From: Paludibacterium yongneupense DSM 18731
GTDB taxonomy: Bacteria > Pseudomonadota > Gammaproteobacteria > Burkholderiales > Chromobacteriaceae
DNA: 24,000 bases
NCBI RefSeq assembly: GCF_000422925.1
Contig: NZ_AUGZ01000005.1
Span: forward strand, 384,081 to 408,080
Direction of reading: 5' to 3'
The translations under genes were made by a program, and so were the position numbers. Positions 7,936 to 17,373 of the stretch are shown piece after piece. The first letter of the stretch is position 1, and each line of letters opens with the position of its first letter. The notes under the pieces are model-generated. The model ran no database searches. It had not been told where the DNA came from and saw only the letters and a list, made by a program, of their open reading frames with translations.

Positions 7936-7962
7936 TGTAACCGGTTTCTGAGACCGGTTTCA
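7936..7962. promoter_or_regulatory. two abutting LacI-family operator sites upstream of the PTS operon
   Basis: TGTAACCGGTTTCT (7936-7949) and TGAGACCGGTTTCA (7949-7962) share one base. Both fit the TGnAAnCGnTTnCA LacI/GalR operator pattern and the exact copies at 17162, 17193 and 21160. They lie 70-96 bp upstream of the IIB ATG. Confidence 0.7.
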
Positions 7963-8031
7963 TTAATGCACACCGGCCTGGATGACTGGTTAAATTTATG
8001 GCACGACTCATTGCACTTGGAGGAGATAGCG

Positions 8032-8340
8032 ATGGTAAAAATATTCCTGTGTTGCGCCGCTGGGATGTCGACCAGCATGGTTGTCAGCAAGATGCGCCAG
8101 GCAGCCGCCCAACAAGGCGTCGAAGCCGAGATCACCGCAGTCAGCATGGAGGACTTCGATCGGACCTTGCCCGACTATGACTGCTGCCTGCTCGGACCTC
8201 AGATCAAATACAAACTCGACGAGTTCAAGACCAAGGGCGCCGCCCTCAACAAGCCGGTATCGGTCATCAACTCGATGGACTACGGCATGATGCGCGGCGA
8301 CAAAATCCTGAAAGAAGCGCTCGCGCTCCTGGCCCACTAA
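8032..8340 (+). CDS. PTS lactose/cellobiose-family EIIB component
   Basis: ATG 8032 has GGAGGAG (8019-8025) 6 nt upstream. MVKIFLCCAAGMSTSMVVSKM carries the phosphorylatable Cys in the C-x-x-G-M-S-T-S loop. Length is 102 aa, typical of ChbB/CelA-type IIB. The upstream part of track ORF 7594..8340 is not protein-like. Confidence 0.92.
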   Translation: MVKIFLCCAAGMSTSMVVSKMRQAAAQQGVEAEITAVSMEDFDRTLPDYDCCLLGPQIKYKLDEFKTKGAALNKPVSVINSMDYGMMRGDKILKEALALLAH

Positions 8341-8359
8341 ACAGAACAGGGAGCCCGCC

Positions 8360-9685
8360 ATGTCAACTAGCCAAGCCTTTTTCGAGTTCATCGAAAACAC
8401 CATCACGCCGATAGCCGCCCGCGTCGCATCCCAGCGCCATGTCATGGCCGTCCGCGACGGCTTCATTGCCGCCATGCCATTCATGATCGTCGGTTCCTTC
8501 TTGCTGGTTTTTGCCTTCCCGCCATTTTCCGCCGACACCCAGCTGGGGTTCGCCCAGTGGTGGTTACGCATCGCCAAGGAATATCAGGGGCAGATTCTGA
8601 CCCCGTTCAATATGAGCATGGGGATCATGGCCTGTTACATCAGCGCCGGGATCGCTTATAACCTCGCGCAGAGTTACAAGCTCGAGGCATTCCCGATTTC
8701 GATGCTGGGTTTGATGGCATTCCTGCTCATCGCCGCACCGCTCAAGGATGGCATGCTGCCGGCCTCCAATTTGGGCGGAACCGGCATTTTCACCGCCATC
8801 ATCGTCGCCATCTTCACCGTCGAACTGGTCCGTTTGCTCAAGGCATACAACATCGGAATCAAACTGCCCGAGCAGGTGCCGGAGAAAATCCGCCACTCGT
8901 TCAACATGCTGATTCCGGCCCTGGTCATCATCCTCACGCTCTACCCTCTGAATCTGTTCATCCAGCATCAGTTCGGCATGCTTCTACCCGAAGCGATCAT
9001 GGCCATTTTCAAGCCGCTGGTTTCGGCCAGCGACACCCTGCCTGCGATTCTGCTCGCAACCCTGCTATGCCATATTCTCTGGTTTGCCGGCATTCACGGA
9101 GCGGCCATCGTCGGCGGCATTCTGCAACCGTTCTATCTGGTCAACCTCGGTGCGAACCAGGCCGCGCTGGCAGCGGGCCATCCGCTGCCGCATGTGTTTA
9201 TCGAAGCGTTCTGGAGTTTCTTCATCACGCTAGGCGGTTCGGGCGCCACGCTGGGACTGGTTTTACTGTATATGCGCAGCAAGTCGGCGCACCTTCGCTC
9301 AGTCGGGGGGCTGGGCATCGTGCCCGCGCTGTTCAATATCAATGAACCCATCATTTTCGGCAGCCCGATCGTGATGAACGCGACCATGTTCATTCCCTTC
9401 GTCTTCGCCCCGATGATCAACGCCACGATCGCCTACTTCGCCATCCAGGCCGGTCTGGTCGGCAAAGTCATCGCCCTCGTGCCGTGGACTGCACCCGCTC
9501 CGATCGGTGCGGCCTGGGGCGCAGGCTGGGTCATGGGCAACGGCATTCTGGTCCTGCTGCTTATCGCGCTCGACCTGCTGATCTATCTGCCCTTCTTCAA
9601 GATTTATGAAAAGCAGTTGCTGGAACAGGAAGCGCTCGAAGAGCAGGACACGCCCGAACACGGCGGCGTCGCTCAAACCGCGTAG
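8360..9685 (+). CDS. PTS lactose/cellobiose-family EIIC permease
   Basis: 441 aa, polytopic. The N-terminus FIENTITPIAARVASQRHVMAVRDGFIAAMPFMIVGSF and the overall pattern are typical of ChbC/CelB-type IIC. GGGAG lies upstream of ATG 8360. Confidence 0.92.
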   Translation: MSTSQAFFEFIENTITPIAARVASQRHVMAVRDGFIAAMPFMIVGSFLLVFAFPPFSADTQLGFAQWWLRIAKEYQGQILTPFNMSMGIMACYISAGIAYNLAQSYKLEAFPISMLGLMAFLLIAAPLKDGMLPASNLGGTGIFTAIIVAIFTVELVRLLKAYNIGIKLPEQVPEKIRHSFNMLIPALVIILTLYPLNLFIQHQFGMLLPEAIMAIFKPLVSASDTLPAILLATLLCHILWFAGIHGAAIVGGILQPFYLVNLGANQAALAAGHPLPHVFIEAFWSFFITLGGSGATLGLVLLYMRSKSAHLRSVGGLGIVPALFNINEPIIFGSPIVMNATMFIPFVFAPMINATIAYFAIQAGLVGKVIALVPWTAPAPIGAAWGAGWVMGNGILVLLLIALDLLIYLPFFKIYEKQLLEQEALEEQDTPEHGGVAQTA

Positions 9686-9758
9686 ACGTCAGACGGTCCG
9701 GCGGCGAAGGCCGGACCGGAACACCCACCCTGTCAGGGTTATACCCGGAGTCACGGTA

Positions 9759-11482
<1,724 letters not shown>

Positions 11483-11549
11483 GGCAGATGCCGTCGATGC
11501 CGGGGGGCGTCGGCGGCAGAATGACCCGACATGACAAAAGGAGAGTGAA

Positions 11550-11810
11550 ATGTTTGAATCCAGCGTAATGATTGCGGCGGAGAACGGATTCCACACCCGT
11601 CCGGCTTCGATCTTCGTCAAAGCAGCCAAAGCGTATCAAAGTGAAATTTCCGTCATCAGCGGCGAAAAATCAGCGAACGGCAAAAGTCTGTTCAAACTGC
11701 AGACCCTGGGTCTGAGCAAGGGCACGACCATCACCATTCGTGCCGACGGCCCCGACGCCGAACAGGCCGTGAGCGCCCTGAGCGAACTCGTCGAAACCAT
11801 AGAGGATTGA
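11550..11810 (+). CDS. ptsH: phosphocarrier protein HPr
   Basis: 86 aa. His15 sits in ENGFHTRPA and Ser46 in ANGKSLFKLQTLGL. AAAGGAGAG lies upstream of ATG 11550. Confidence 0.93.
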   Translation: MFESSVMIAAENGFHTRPASIFVKAAKAYQSEISVISGEKSANGKSLFKLQTLGLSKGTTITIRADGPDAEQAVSALSELVETIED

Positions 11811-11825
11811 AGAGCGACCGCGACC

Positions 11826-13583
11826 ATGACATATATCGAACCGCTCAGCGGGATTCCCTGCTCTCCCGGCGTCAGCATCGCCCGCGCGCTTGTGATAGGC
11901 GATGACGATATCGTCATCAATCCGACGCCGATCGAAGATGGCGCGGTCGAAGAAGAGATCGCGCGTTTTCACGCCGCCCGCGACGCGGCGCTCAGTCAAG
12001 TGCGGGCGATCTCGGACCACCTGGCCCTGTCCGGCAAGGTGGAACAGCAGGCGATTTTCGAAGGCCATCTTGTGCTGCTCGAAGACGAAGAACTGGAGCA
12101 CGATGTACTCGCGCTGATCCGCCAGTCGCACTACCGCTCCGAGCAGGCTATCCACGAGGCGATCGAGAGCTATGCCAAAATGGTGTCCGATCTGGACGAC
12201 CCTTATCTGCGCGAGCGCGCGACCGACTGCCGCGACATCGGCGCGCGCCTGATCCGCAATGTACTCGGCGTGCAGACCTTCGACCTCGGCTCGATCGCAG
12301 AAGACACGATACTGGTCGCGCGCGACTTCACGCCATCGCAGACCGCGCAGATCAGCCTCGAGCATGTCAAGGGATTGATCTCCGAACTCGGCGGCCGGAC
12401 CTCGCACTCCGCGATCATGGCGCGCTCGCTGGAGCTGCCGGCCATCGTCGGCGTCAAAAACGCGACCCTGCATATCCGTAGTGGCGACCTGATCGCGCTC
12501 GACGTCGAGCACAATCAGATCTGGGTGCGGCCGGATGCGGCCAGGCTGGCCGACATCCGCGCGGTTCAGCGGCAGTACGCGCTGCAGCGCGAGAAATGGC
12601 AGGCTTTGCGCGATTTGCCTGCGCTCACGCGCGACGGACATCGTGTCGAGTTGTGCGCGAATATCGGCACGGTCCGCGACGCCGATAGCGCGCAAGCCAA
12701 CGGGGCTGAGGGCATAGGCTTGTATCGCACCGAGTTCCTGTTCATGGACCGCCCGACCCTGCCGGGCGAAGAAGAGCAATATCTGGAATACAGTGCGATT
12801 GCGCGCGCGATGTCCGGCAAGGCCGTCATCGTGCGCACGATGGATATCGGTGGCGACAAGGAACTGCCGTGCCTGGACTTCCCCAAAGAACTCAACCCGT
12901 TTCTCGGATGGCGCGCGATCCGCATCTTCTTCGACCGCCCCGACATCATGCTGCCGCAGCTGCGCGCCATCCTGCGCGCCTCGGCCCACGGCCCGCTGCG
13001 CATCATGTTTCCGATGGTCGCTGCCGTTGAAGAGTTTCGCGCGCTGAAAGCCCAGGTCTGCGCCCTCAAGGACGAGCTGCGCGCAGACGGGGTCCCTTTC
13101 GACGAGGCGATCCCGCTCGGTGTGATGATAGAAACGCCGGCGGCGGCGGTGCTCGCGCGCTTTCTCGCACGGGAAGTCGATTTTTTCAGCATCGGCACCA
13201 ACGATCTGACCCAGTACACCCTGGCGGTCGACCGCGGCAATGAACAAATCGCCCGGATGTACCAGCCACTGTCGCCGGCCGTGCTCGGCCTGATCCAGCA
13301 GGTGATAGACGCCAGCCACGCCGCAGGCAAGTGGACCGGCATGTGCGGCGAACTGGCCGGCGACGAGCGCGCGACCGCGCTGCTGGTCGGCATGGGCCTG
13401 GACGAATTTTCGATGAGCGCCATCGCGCTGCCGCGCATCAAGGCCATCGTGCGCAGTCTGGACTATGAGGCGGCGCGGCAGTTGGCGGTACAGGTACGCG
13501 AATGCGCGACGCTGGAAGAGGTCGAAGACAGGCTGCAGGCCTTCGCACGCCAAAACAGCGGCGCCTCGGAGGCTTACGAGTGA
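11826..13583 (+). CDS. ptsI: phosphoenolpyruvate-protein phosphotransferase (PTS Enzyme I)
   Basis: 585 aa. N-terminal LSGIPCSPGVSIA, phospho-His loop GGRTSHSAIMARSLELPAIVG, and a PEP-utilising C-terminal TIM-barrel region (EGIGLYRTEFLF ... FFSIGTNDLTQYTLAVDR). Confidence 0.95.
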   Translation: MTYIEPLSGIPCSPGVSIARALVIGDDDIVINPTPIEDGAVEEEIARFHAARDAALSQVRAISDHLALSGKVEQQAIFEGHLVLLEDEELEHDVLALIRQSHYRSEQAIHEAIESYAKMVSDLDDPYLRERATDCRDIGARLIRNVLGVQTFDLGSIAEDTILVARDFTPSQTAQISLEHVKGLISELGGRTSHSAIMARSLELPAIVGVKNATLHIRSGDLIALDVEHNQIWVRPDAARLADIRAVQRQYALQREKWQALRDLPALTRDGHRVELCANIGTVRDADSAQANGAEGIGLYRTEFLFMDRPTLPGEEEQYLEYSAIARAMSGKAVIVRTMDIGGDKELPCLDFPKELNPFLGWRAIRIFFDRPDIMLPQLRAILRASAHGPLRIMFPMVAAVEEFRALKAQVCALKDELRADGVPFDEAIPLGVMIETPAAAVLARFLAREVDFFSIGTNDLTQYTLAVDRGNEQIARMYQPLSPAVLGLIQQVIDASHAAGKWTGMCGELAGDERATALLVGMGLDEFSMSAIALPRIKAIVRSLDYEAARQLAVQVRECATLEEVEDRLQAFARQNSGASEAYE

Positions 13584-13704
13584 AGAAGGCATCCCTTATG
13601 TTAAGCTTGGTCTTTTGTGCACGACCGCATTAGCGGACCGGGCGGCCACGGTCGGCCGTCCGCCTCGATTGCCACCGAACGACGCATGTGAAGAGGATGA
13701 ATCC

Positions 13705-14757
13705 ATGGCCACGATAACCGATGTCTGCCGTGTCGCCGGCGTATCCAAGGCCACGGTGTCGCGGGTGCTCAACAACACCGGCCAGGTCAAGGAAAGCACC
13801 CGTGAAATCGTCATCCAGGCCATACAGGCGCTGGATTACCGGCCCAACACCCTGGCCCAGGCGCTCGCCAACCAGCGCTCCGACACCATAGGCCTGATCA
13901 TCTCCGATTTCGCCGGCGGCTATTTCGGACGGCTGCTGCGCCAGGCGACGCGCAGCGCGGACGAAGCCGGCATGCAATTGATCGTGACCGACGGCCATGA
14001 AGATGCGGAGCGCGAGCGCAAGGCCATCGACATGCTCGTGCATCGCCGCTGCGATGCCATCGTGCTCTACAGCCGCTGCATGGGGGATGCCCAGCTCACG
14101 CAATTGACGCGCGAGCTGCCGGTTCCGCTGATCGTATTGAACCGCTACCTGCCCGAGGCTGCCGAGCGTTCGGTCGTCTTCGAGCAGTCCGGTGCGGCGC
14201 GGATGGCGACCGAACATCTGATTGCACTCGGCCATCAGCGCATCGCCTGCATCACCCCCAAGCTGGCTTCGCGCACCGGCCAGCTGCGCTTGCAGGGCTA
14301 TAAGGACGCGCTCAACGCTCACGGCATCGCACTCGACGAAGATTTGATCAGCGCAGGCGCGTTTTCCCCGTCAACCGGCTACGAGGCATGCAGCAAGCTG
14401 CTGCAGACGGGCAAATCCTTCACCGCCCTGCTCTGCTGCAGCGACATGATGGCCGAAGGGGCCTATCGCGCGCTGGCCGAACGCGGGCTGAAAATTCCCG
14501 AAGACGTCTCGGTATTCGGTTTCGACAACGATCCGGCCACGGCCTACATGATTCCGGCACTCTCCACTGTGAAGCTGCCTATCAGTGAAATGACCCGGCA
14601 GGCGATCCAGCAGGCGGTCAAACTCTCGAACGGGCTGCCGGTCTCGCCGATCCCGCCCTTCATCGGTCAGCTGATCCTGCGCGAATCGGTGGCCAGCGCC
14701 TCCGGGCAGGTCTCGCAGGAAAAACTCGCGCCTCCGACCGAGATCGAAGACGACTGA
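13705..14757 (+). CDS. LacI-family transcriptional repressor (predicted regulator of the operator sites in this window)
   Basis: ATG 13705 has GAGGA 7 nt upstream. The HTH is MATITDVCRVAGVSKATVSRVLNNTGQVKESTREIVIQAIQALDYRPN, followed by a periplasmic-binding-protein-like sugar domain. The first 80 codons of track ORF 13465.. overlap the ptsI end and are not LacI-like. Confidence 0.9.
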   Translation: MATITDVCRVAGVSKATVSRVLNNTGQVKESTREIVIQAIQALDYRPNTLAQALANQRSDTIGLIISDFAGGYFGRLLRQATRSADEAGMQLIVTDGHEDAERERKAIDMLVHRRCDAIVLYSRCMGDAQLTQLTRELPVPLIVLNRYLPEAAERSVVFEQSGAARMATEHLIALGHQRIACITPKLASRTGQLRLQGYKDALNAHGIALDEDLISAGAFSPSTGYEACSKLLQTGKSFTALLCCSDMMAEGAYRALAERGLKIPEDVSVFGFDNDPATAYMIPALSTVKLPISEMTRQAIQQAVKLSNGLPVSPIPPFIGQLILRESVASASGQVSQEKLAPPTEIEDD

Positions 14758-15689
14758 AACGCCGCATCCAGCTGTGGGGCCCCGCGCATATCGCTTGCGA
14801 CCTGGCGCAGCCAGTTGGCGAGCGCCTGGTAGCGCGGACGCTGGGCGTGATCGCGCGAACAGCACAGACTGTAGCTGCGCTCGGCCGGGATCGCTTCGGT
14901 GAAAGGCAGAGTCAACTCCCCTCTGAGCACGGCCGGTTCAACCAGATGCCAGCGCCCCATGGCGAGCCCCATGCCGTGCTTGGCCGCCTCGATCGCGACC
15001 GCGTGCTGATTGAAGACATACTTGCGATTGCGGTGCGGCAATTCGATACCGACCACCGTGCTCCATTGAGTCCACTCCTGTGCCAGATCGCGGTTCTCTA
15101 TCGATTCGGTGCAGTGCAGCAAGGAACAGCCGCGCAAATCGCGCCGTCCGGTCAAGCCGTGATCGAGCGCGTAGGCCGGACTGCACACCGGCAACAGCCA
15201 TTCGTCGAACAACGGCCAGACCTGCAAGTGCGGCATGTCGGAACGGCCATAGTGAACGGCCATATCGATAGGATCGGCTTCGAAATCAGGCAAGCCGCTC
15301 TGCGTCTGAAACACCAGATCCAATGATCGATACTGGGATTTGAAGCCCTGCAGCAGCGGCATCAGCCACAATTGCCCGAAAGCCGGCGGCAGACCGATGA
15401 CCAGGGTGCCCCGCAACTCCTGAAAACGGATATCGGCGATGACTTCGTTGATATGCTGCAACGAAACGGACAAGGCGGCCAGCAACTGTTCGCCCTCGGC
15501 CGTCAGCGACAGTCGGCGCGAGAGGCGCAAGAACAATTTGAACCGCAGCATCGCTTCGAGCCGCTGCACGCGCTGGCTGATCGCCCCCTGGGTCAGATGC
15601 AGCTCCTCCGCCGCACGGGTAAAGCTCGAATGCCGTGCGGCGACTTCGAATGTATGCAGCAGAGCCAGCAGGCTTTGTTCAACGAGCAC
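14667..15689 (-). CDS. LysR-family transcriptional regulator (GcvA-like)
   Basis: HTH LLALLHTFEVAARHSSFTRAAEELHLTQGAISQRVQRLE followed by a LysR substrate-binding domain. The preferred start is GTG 15689 (AGGGGGA 4 nt upstream); the track start GTG 15731 adds 14 non-conserved residues. The 3' end overlaps the LacI gene 3' end by 91 bp. Confidence 0.85.
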   Translation of the reverse strand: MLVEQSLLALLHTFEVAARHSSFTRAAEELHLTQGAISQRVQRLEAMLRFKLFLRLSRRLSLTAEGEQLLAALSVSLQHINEVIADIRFQELRGTLVIGLPPAFGQLWLMPLLQGFKSQYRSLDLVFQTQSGLPDFEADPIDMAVHYGRSDMPHLQVWPLFDEWLLPVCSPAYALDHGLTGRRDLRGCSLLHCTESIENRDLAQEWTQWSTVVGIELPHRNRKYVFNQHAVAIEAAKHGMGLAMGRWHLVEPAVLRGELTLPFTEAIPAERSYSLCCSRDHAQRPRYQALANWLRQVASDMRGAPQLDAAFQSSSISVGGASFSCETCPEALATDSRRIS

Positions 15690-15739
15690 AGCATCCCCCT
15701 TTCCGTTCCGTTTCCGGTGTCCCCAAACCACGCGCGCGA

Positions 15740-15767
15740 CGAAGCCCGGCGCGGCGGCCGGGCTTCG
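15740..15767. terminator. perfect GC-rich hairpin between the GH4 and LysR genes
   Basis: CGAAGCCCGGC (15740-15750) / GCCGGGCTTCG (15757-15767) forms an 11-bp perfect stem with a 6-nt loop. There is no adjacent U-tract, so terminator function is uncertain. Confidence 0.4.
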
Positions 15768-15790
15768 ACACGCGTCGGCAGCGCCCGTTC

Positions 15791-17125
15791 TTACATCAGA
15801 TGGCGCGCGCAGTACTCTTTGAACTGCGGCAGATAACGGATGTTCTCGCGAATCGTTTCATCCAGCGCCGTCTCCAGCACCTGCCCGGTCTTGACCAGCG
15901 GATTCAGGTTCAGGGCGCGCAGGGCCGACTGATAACTTCCGGTCACCGCCGCATCGATGGTGAACCGTTCGTAGGCCTTCATCAACACCAGCATGGCCTC
16001 GGTGTCTTCATCGAAGCGCGCCACATTGAGCGGCAGCGGGCCGGCGCGGGTTATCAGCGACGTGGTCTCGATCGCGCAATCGTCGGGCAGGCAGGCGATG
16101 GTGCCGTTATTGCGCACATTGACATGCATGAGCACGTGCTTGTCGTTGTAAATCGCGCTCATCAAATCACATGCCGCGTCGGAGTAATACTGACCGCCGC
16201 GCCCTTCGAGTTCGACCGGCTTGCTGTACAGGGACGGATTTGCATAGATCTCGAACAGCCGGGTTTCCAGCGCCTTGACCACTTCGCCGCGGGTGCCCTC
16301 CTTTTCGGCTTCCTCGACGAAATGGGTATAGGTGTCGTCGGCCTGAAAATAGTAGCGATGATAGGGGCAAGGAATCTGGCGCCGCTGTTCAAGCAATTTA
16401 CGCGGCCACTGCGCGTGCGGAATGTTTTTCGGGTTGAACGCTTCGTTGTCTTCGAGAAACAGTTCCAGAACCTCGGGCAGCACATCCTTGCCATGCAGCA
16501 TGACCTGGCGCGCAAAAATAAAGTGGTTCAGACCCGACACCTGCAGCACAACGTCCTTTTCCTCTGCCTGCAAGGCCTTGGCGATCCCCTTCTGCATCAG
16601 CACCGGCACATTGCACAAGCCAACCGCCTTGACTTTGGAATGACGCAAGATGGCCTCGGTCACGATGCCCGACGGGTTGGTGAAATTCAACAACCAGGCA
16701 TCCGGGCACAGCTGTTCCATTTCATGACAGATGTCCAGCACCACAGGAATCGTGCGCTGTGCCTTGGTAAAGCCGCCGAGGCCGTTGGTTTCCTGGCCCA
16801 GCATGCCGTACTTCAAGGCGATGCGCTCATCGCGGATCCGCGCTTCGAGCAAGCCGACACGAAATTGCGAACAGACAAAATCGGCGCCGGCGAGCGCCGC
16901 CTTGCGATCGCGAGTCAGCACCACCCGGGTATCCAGGCCCGCATGCTCGATCATGCGCCGTGTCAGCGCGGCGATGATTTCCGCCTTATGCCAGCCGTCA
17001 TCGATATCGACCAGACACAATTCGCCTATCGACAGTTCTCCGCGCCGGGCGATAAGACCATCGACCAATTCCGGGGTATAGCTGGAGCCGGCGCCTATCA
17101 CGACCACCTTGATTTTGCCTTGCAT
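15791..17125 (-). CDS. GH4 6-phospho-beta-glucosidase (CelF/ChbF/LicH type, NAD+/Mn2+-dependent)
   Basis: MQGKIKVVVIGAGSSYTPELVDGL N-terminal NAD fold and the metal-binding Cys context AVGLCNVP. Length is 444 aa. GAGGAG lies 7 nt upstream of ATG 17125. Confidence 0.9.
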   Translation of the reverse strand: MQGKIKVVVIGAGSSYTPELVDGLIARRGELSIGELCLVDIDDGWHKAEIIAALTRRMIEHAGLDTRVVLTRDRKAALAGADFVCSQFRVGLLEARIRDERIALKYGMLGQETNGLGGFTKAQRTIPVVLDICHEMEQLCPDAWLLNFTNPSGIVTEAILRHSKVKAVGLCNVPVLMQKGIAKALQAEEKDVVLQVSGLNHFIFARQVMLHGKDVLPEVLELFLEDNEAFNPKNIPHAQWPRKLLEQRRQIPCPYHRYYFQADDTYTHFVEEAEKEGTRGEVVKALETRLFEIYANPSLYSKPVELEGRGGQYYSDAACDLMSAIYNDKHVLMHVNVRNNGTIACLPDDCAIETTSLITRAGPLPLNVARFDEDTEAMLVLMKAYERFTIDAAVTGSYQSALRALNLNPLVKTGQVLETALDETIRENIRYLPQFKEYCARHLM

Positions 17126-17161
17126 CTTCCCACTCCTCTGTCATTGAACGTACAATACCGA

Positions 17162-17175
17162 TGTAACCGGTTTCA
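17162..17175. promoter_or_regulatory. LacI-family operator (exact TGTAACCGGTTTCA)
   Basis: Lies 37 bp upstream of the GH4 ATG, in the GH4 / membrane-protein divergent region. Identical to the sites at 17193 and 21160. Confidence 0.75.
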
Positions 17176-17192
17176 AAAGACAACAAGCTAAT

Positions 17193-17206
17193 TGTAACCG
17201 GTTTCA
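17193..17206. promoter_or_regulatory. LacI-family operator (exact TGTAACCGGTTTCA)
   Basis: Its start is 31 bp (about three helical turns) from the start of the 17162 site. It lies 168 bp upstream of the membrane-protein ATG. Confidence 0.75.
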
Positions 17207-17373
17207 AAACAAGGAGAAGCGAAAAATCCTCCACCATGGATTAGCCATACTAATGCCAGTACCGAATATGAAGACAGTGAGCACCCCGATCTCCCATTCC
17301 GGATAAGGACACAGCGGCAAGCGGGCCGTTGCGCGCAGGAGGCCACAGCGATTCGAAAAGGAAGACTGCCCCA

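Noticed and set aside
7509-8011. Three overlapping minus-strand ORFs of 112-122 aa and plus-strand ORFs of 64-98 aa in the PTS upstream region
   Set aside because: All translations are Arg/Gly/Pro/Ala low-complexity, without RBS support. They overlap each other in multiple frames, so the region is treated as non-coding.
7999-8016. Sigma-54-like element TGGCAC-N6-TTGCA just upstream of the IIB gene
   Set aside because: The GG-to-GC spacing is 11 nt, not the near-invariant 10. The implied transcription start would fall inside the RBS, about 6 nt before the ATG. No enhancer-binding-protein gene is nearby.
11670-13592. 640-aa ORF on the minus strand, longer than the ptsI ORF it mirrors
   Set aside because: It is exactly antisense to a gene with unambiguous Enzyme I motifs. 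Its translation is Arg/Ala/Gly/Asp-rich with no recognisable domain. Long antisense shadow ORFs are expected in GC-rich DNA because stop codons are rare.
15635-17191. 518-aa plus-strand ORF covering the GH4 gene
   Set aside because: It is a shadow ORF antisense to a clear GH4 6-phospho-beta-glucosidase, with low-complexity Arg/Gln/His-rich translation and no start-site support.
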